Source of the DNA: an archaeon
GTDB taxonomy: Archaea; Asgardarchaeota; Thorarchaeia; Thorarchaeales; Thorarchaeaceae
DNA: 45,461 bases
Assembly: GCA_024276825.1 (NCBI GenBank)
Contig: JAJRWI010000018.1
Coordinates: 1-45,461 of the forward strand
Direction: 5' to 3'
Shown: positions 45,116 to 45,461 of the stretch, one piece after another
Layout: each line of letters opens with the position of its first letter
Numbering within the stretch: position 1 is the first letter of the stretch
The notes under the pieces: model-generated
Database searches by the model: none
What the model saw: only the letters and a program-made list of their open reading frames with translations
Told to the model about the DNA's origin: nothing
Position numbers and translations under genes: made by a program

Positions 45116-45186
45116 TTTTCCCCGGGAATTATAATTGATGAATAACTATTTTTGAGAGATTGGTAGGAGAGTGACAGGTGCAAGAG

Positions 45187-45461
45187 TTGAGCAAGAAACC
45201 AGTCATAGTCAAAGTGAAGAAGTTAATTCCAGATGCTCGTATCCCTACTATGGCTAATCCAAAGGATGCTGCTTTTGATCTATACTCAACGATTGACCAT
45301 ATTTTAGGGCCAAGAGAGATAGTTCCAGTTCCCACGGGTCTGGCAATTGAGATTCCTGATGGATATGAGGGGCAGGTACGGCCAAGGAGTGGTCTTGCAA
45401 TGAATAAAGGAGTGACTGCATTGAACAGTCCAGGGACCATAGACAGTGGATATAGGGGGGA
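45187..45461 (+). CDS. dut: Trimeric dUTP diphosphatase (partial, runs off the right edge; not in the ORF track)
   Basis: Manual translation: ...DAAFDL...[24 protein letters not shown]...[12 protein letters not shown] (motifs I-III). Confidence 0.95.
   Translation, partial: MSKKPVIVKVKKLIPDARIPTMANPKDAAFDLYSTIDHILGPREIVPVPTGLAIEIPDGYEGQVRPRSGLAMNKGVTALNSPGTIDSGYRG

Noticed and set aside
45129-45440. 103-aa minus-strand ORF
   Set aside because: Antisense to dut.
1-45461. CRISPR arrays, IS elements/integrases, rRNA, selenoprotein TGA read-through, inteins
   Set aside because: None seen by eye: no periodic nucleotide repeats, transposase/integrase motifs or intein signatures, and recognised genes end at expected lengths.

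Overview
Archaeal chromosomal window with strong GAGGTGA/GGTGA ribosome-binding sites and many TTG/GTG starts. It is probably Asgard (Thorarchaeia-like); this is inferred from eL38 occurring with SepF, Alba, Nop2-Nip7 and a trimeric dUTPase, and is not proven. The left 13 kb is a minus-strand envelope operon: a giant membrane-anchored protein (transglutaminase-like domain with a substituted catalytic triad, ~16 Ig-like repeats, DUF4129), a frameshifted DUF4350 gene, a MoxR AAA+ ATPase, a DUF58/VWA protein and a polytopic membrane protein, followed by a DHH phosphoesterase. The rest is mostly housekeeping: thrC, nop2-nip7, PAC2, sucCD, eL40, eL38, alba, truD, pth2, GGR, pus10, eL21, rpoF, DUF655, ksgA, hemK2, FKBP, psmB, aCPSF1, sepF, Sm, eL37 and dut, plus tRNA-Val(CAC, intron), tRNA-Ala(GGC) and tRNA-Phe(GAA). 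Two highly divergent Hel308/Ski2-like genes stand out: an ATPase-dead pseudo-helicase with an inserted SWIM zinc finger, and a winged-helix-fused helicase divergent from sepF. No CRISPR array, rRNA, integrase or transposase was seen. All assignments come from motif recognition by eye; no database search was run.
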